Below are positions 61,301 through 64,000 of a stretch of 64,000 nucleotides of DNA, in pieces. Source of the stretch: Picochlorum sp. SENEW3. Lineage: Eukaryota. The stretch is from positions 806,001-870,000 of the forward strand of contig CP120457.1 in NCBI GenBank assembly GCA_034226945.1, given 5' to 3'. The position numbers and the translations under genes were made by a program. Within the stretch, counting starts at the first letter, position 1. Every line of letters begins with the position of its first letter. A model generated the notes under the pieces. It did no database searches. It was given only the letters and a program-made list of their open reading frames with translations, and had not been told where the DNA came from.

Positions 61301-61717
61301 CTATTTTCCCGCGTCCAGCCCTAGTTCCTTCTTCTGGAGCACAACAGATTCAGTCCCAGTTTGAATGACATACCTGCAAGTCACCGCCCCAACAATACAC
61401 CATCGACTCTACTAGAATGAAAGATATGTACGATACGCACCAGTTGAAAGAAGCGAGAAGACCCAGCATCAGAAATAATAAAACGATAAAATGAAGAGCA
61501 ATGTCCTGAGGCAAGTCCCCAGAAGACAAACTAGCTGATATCAGCGCAACCCCCAAGACAAGAGAGCCGTTAATGAAAACAACTGTAGGTCTCTGCAGTA
61601 TATTCAATTAATGTATACTCAAAAACCACCCTATACGCAGCTATTCAGACTATGCAAACATACATTAATTCCCTTGGTCAGTGCTCCTACAAGAACTGAC
61701 TCAACAAATGATGTCAT
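61301..61717 (-). CDS. Pkr1-like ER membrane protein (V-ATPase assembly factor family), 92 aa, 3 exons (61717-61664, 61592-61441, 61373-61301)
   Basis: MTSFVESVLVGALTKGIN|RPTVVFINGSL..LHFIVLLFLMLGLLASFNW|YVIQTG.. with two TMs. HF.VL..L..GL..S.NW resembles Pkr1. Both GT..AG introns are in frame. Confidence 0.7.
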
Positions 61718-62020
61718 CACAAAGGCATTGTTATCTTAAAGGTATCTATACTCTTCAGAAGAAATACAAGAGTCTGGAGCAGAATACCGTTCATTTATGA
61801 TGATCGAATGCTTTGGCACTCCTTGAATGAGAATTCTCTGGGCCCAGATTTCAGATTCCCTGATTCTTGTATCCGCTTGAATAGAAATGCATGCATGCTC
61901 AATTGATCATCTAGTACTTTTGTTAGGAATTAGTATCAGCGATCATCCGATTGCGAAAGTGATACGTGTCTGTACGCGTTCACCAAAGAAACCCGTACTG
62001 AGACGATTTGATTGAACAGG

Positions 62021-63976
62021 ATGGCAGCAAGAATGACACTACGTGGGGATACATTATCACAAACTAGGGATTATAAATGCAGTAGGAGTGCATCATGTCG
62101 AATCCAAAGGCTGGCAGGGTCACAGAGGACACTCCATTGCGGGGTGCCTTGTCTTCTTCGAAAGGTCTCTCGGCGAGACATAGCATCTGTCCGGATCAGT
62201 GCTGCAGAAACACCAGAGTTTAATAATATACCAGATGATAGCCTGTTGCCTGTTGAAGAGGTCCCTCGACGCATTCAAATGTCAGATGTGATTGACTGGT
62301 TCATCAACCTGCCATGGCCAAAGATGGCCTCGTGGCTTTTGGTGATTGCGCTTGCAACGCAGTTGAAAGACTTTTTAGGTGTATGTGTCATGTGTTGCAT
62401 GTATTGTGTGATCGGCGGAGGTATCTGAGGGGCTCTGAGTTCCGGATTTTGACCAGAGTCTTGTTGTCTGCCTGATTGATTGACAAAATGGCGACGTGAA
62501 TCTGACAGTGTTGTTTCGCTTCTATGTGTAGATAACTATGGGAACTTTCATAGTATCATTCATAGGAAACAGTTTTGTGACAAGTGCTCAAAATATCCCT
62601 CAGTTGAAGACTCTGTCTCCTCAGCGCAGAAGAAGGGTGCTTGTCTTTGTGTACTATACTTGCATTGTTCTTCTTTTCACCCTATTTGGAGTATTAATAA
62701 TTCCAGATGTTGTCAGGGAAGGGTACGATTTCGTCTCGAGGCTTCAGACAGAAAACTTATGGGTAGTCGTGCTAGAGAAGATGAGAAAAGGACTTGGGTA
62801 TGTCTCATGTCTATCTGTTCTGCGGCCTTCATTATATTCACCTATTTTCCTTTGGTTTTAGGGATGGTGTCATGGATCAGTTAGAAAGGTTTTTGGTTAT
62901 ATCTTCCAGTGGAGATGTGACAACAGCTTTAGATTTCCGCACTCTTGATACTTTGGGCCCAGAGGCTAGGACAACGTACTTAGGAAGTGCTCTTCAAAAA
63001 GTCCTCAAACAATATACTAATGCAGCAGCAAGCTATATATCGGATATGCTTTCTTTCATCAGTCGCTTTGTAGTTCAGGTAGGTATATTGTATCTTGTAG
63101 TTTGAATATTGTTTCAGGGAGGACGTTCAGTAGTAAACAGATATGGGGGCAACTATGGTTCTTGTAGCAACTCTCACAATCATTTTGAGGCATGATGTTT
63201 TCATCTCGAATAACGTGATTGAGAAGGCTACGTTGAATTGCCCTCCTGTGCTGACTTGAAGGCGATTCTGAGAAACACTGCTGCATTTCTGCTCTCATGG
63301 TTATGTCATCAATCTGACTTTTGTATTGGTCTAATTATATGTATTCTTTGCATCGCAGTTGGGAGTTTCGTTCGTGCTTTCCTTCATGATGGTGTGGGAC
63401 CTTCCCAGAATTGCACAAGGGGTGGAGTCCCTCAAGTCTTCAAGGATTGCACCAGTGTACAATACCATTGCTCCGTCCGTCAAGGTCTTTGCGACACTGT
63501 TTGGAAAAGCACTTCAGGCACAAAGTCGAATAGCTTTGGTGAATACAGTGCTCACAGCTCTAGGAATGTGGGCCCTGTGTATTCCAGGCATTGGATTGTT
63601 GTCGGTTTGTGTCTTCATATGCGGATTCATTCCAATTGCAGGAGTGATAATTTCGACAGTCCCTATAGGATTTGTAGCACTCACTGAGTACGGTTTCATG
63701 AAGTTGGCGCTGGTTATTCTCATGATTGTTGGTGTACACTTTGTTGAGGCATATGGACTAAACCCAGCAATTTATTCAGCACACCTCAAACTCCATCCAT
63801 TGCTCGTGCTAACAGTTCTTGTTGTAGCAGAGCATTCACTAGGTATATGGGGACTCCTTCTTGCAGTGCCATTAACCGTGTTCACCCTGGATTACTGCAT
63901 TTACTATCCGTCTTATTCAGCAGAGGATGTTGCACAGAAGGAACTCTACGTTATCCGAAGTCGCGATGATCTGTGA
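62021..63976 (+). CDS. AI-2E/PerM-family transmembrane protein, probably plastid, 4 exons
   Basis: GTFIVSFIGNS, GKALQAQSRIALVNT, FICGFIPIAGVIIS, HFVEAYGLNPAIYSAHLKLHPLL..GIWGLLLAVP. Confidence 0.88.
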
Positions 63977-64000
63977 AGACTGTGACAACTTTTGCTCTAT

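Noticed and set aside
60042..63976. mnmA and AI-2E as recent bacterial horizontal transfers
   Set aside because: Both families are normal organelle-targeted genes in green lineages; both have N-terminal extensions and AI-2E has spliceosomal introns

Overview
Eukaryotic nuclear DNA from a very compact green-algal genome. It has short GT-AG introns, TGTAA poly(A) signals, plastid-targeted PRK and HCF106 and very small intergenic gaps; a Picochlorum-like trebouxiophyte is my inference. About 35 protein genes are supported. Four of them are small spliced genes the ORF track only partly shows: complex I subunit NDUFA3/B9, a Pkr1-like protein, a secreted Cys-rich protein and a putative 59-aa microprotein. 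There is also an intron-containing tRNA-Gly(TCC). Highlights: (1) an intact 440-bp hAT-type MITE (25-bp perfect TIRs, 8-bp TSD, about 14 GGCATAT motifs) just upstream of CWC15; (2) a ~3.7-kb accessory island after the tRNA, where two 68-bp direct repeats flank an intronless orphan ORF with a Bro-N-like segment, beside a decayed transposase-like frame; (3) a Pkr1-like to mnmA pair only 8 nt apart with no TGTAA, a candidate bicistronic locus; (4) an ACT-domain alpha-amylase and a ferredoxin-type DnaJ that appears to have lost its Fe-S cysteines. All family calls come from recalled motifs, not database searches. Exon boundaries were read by eye.
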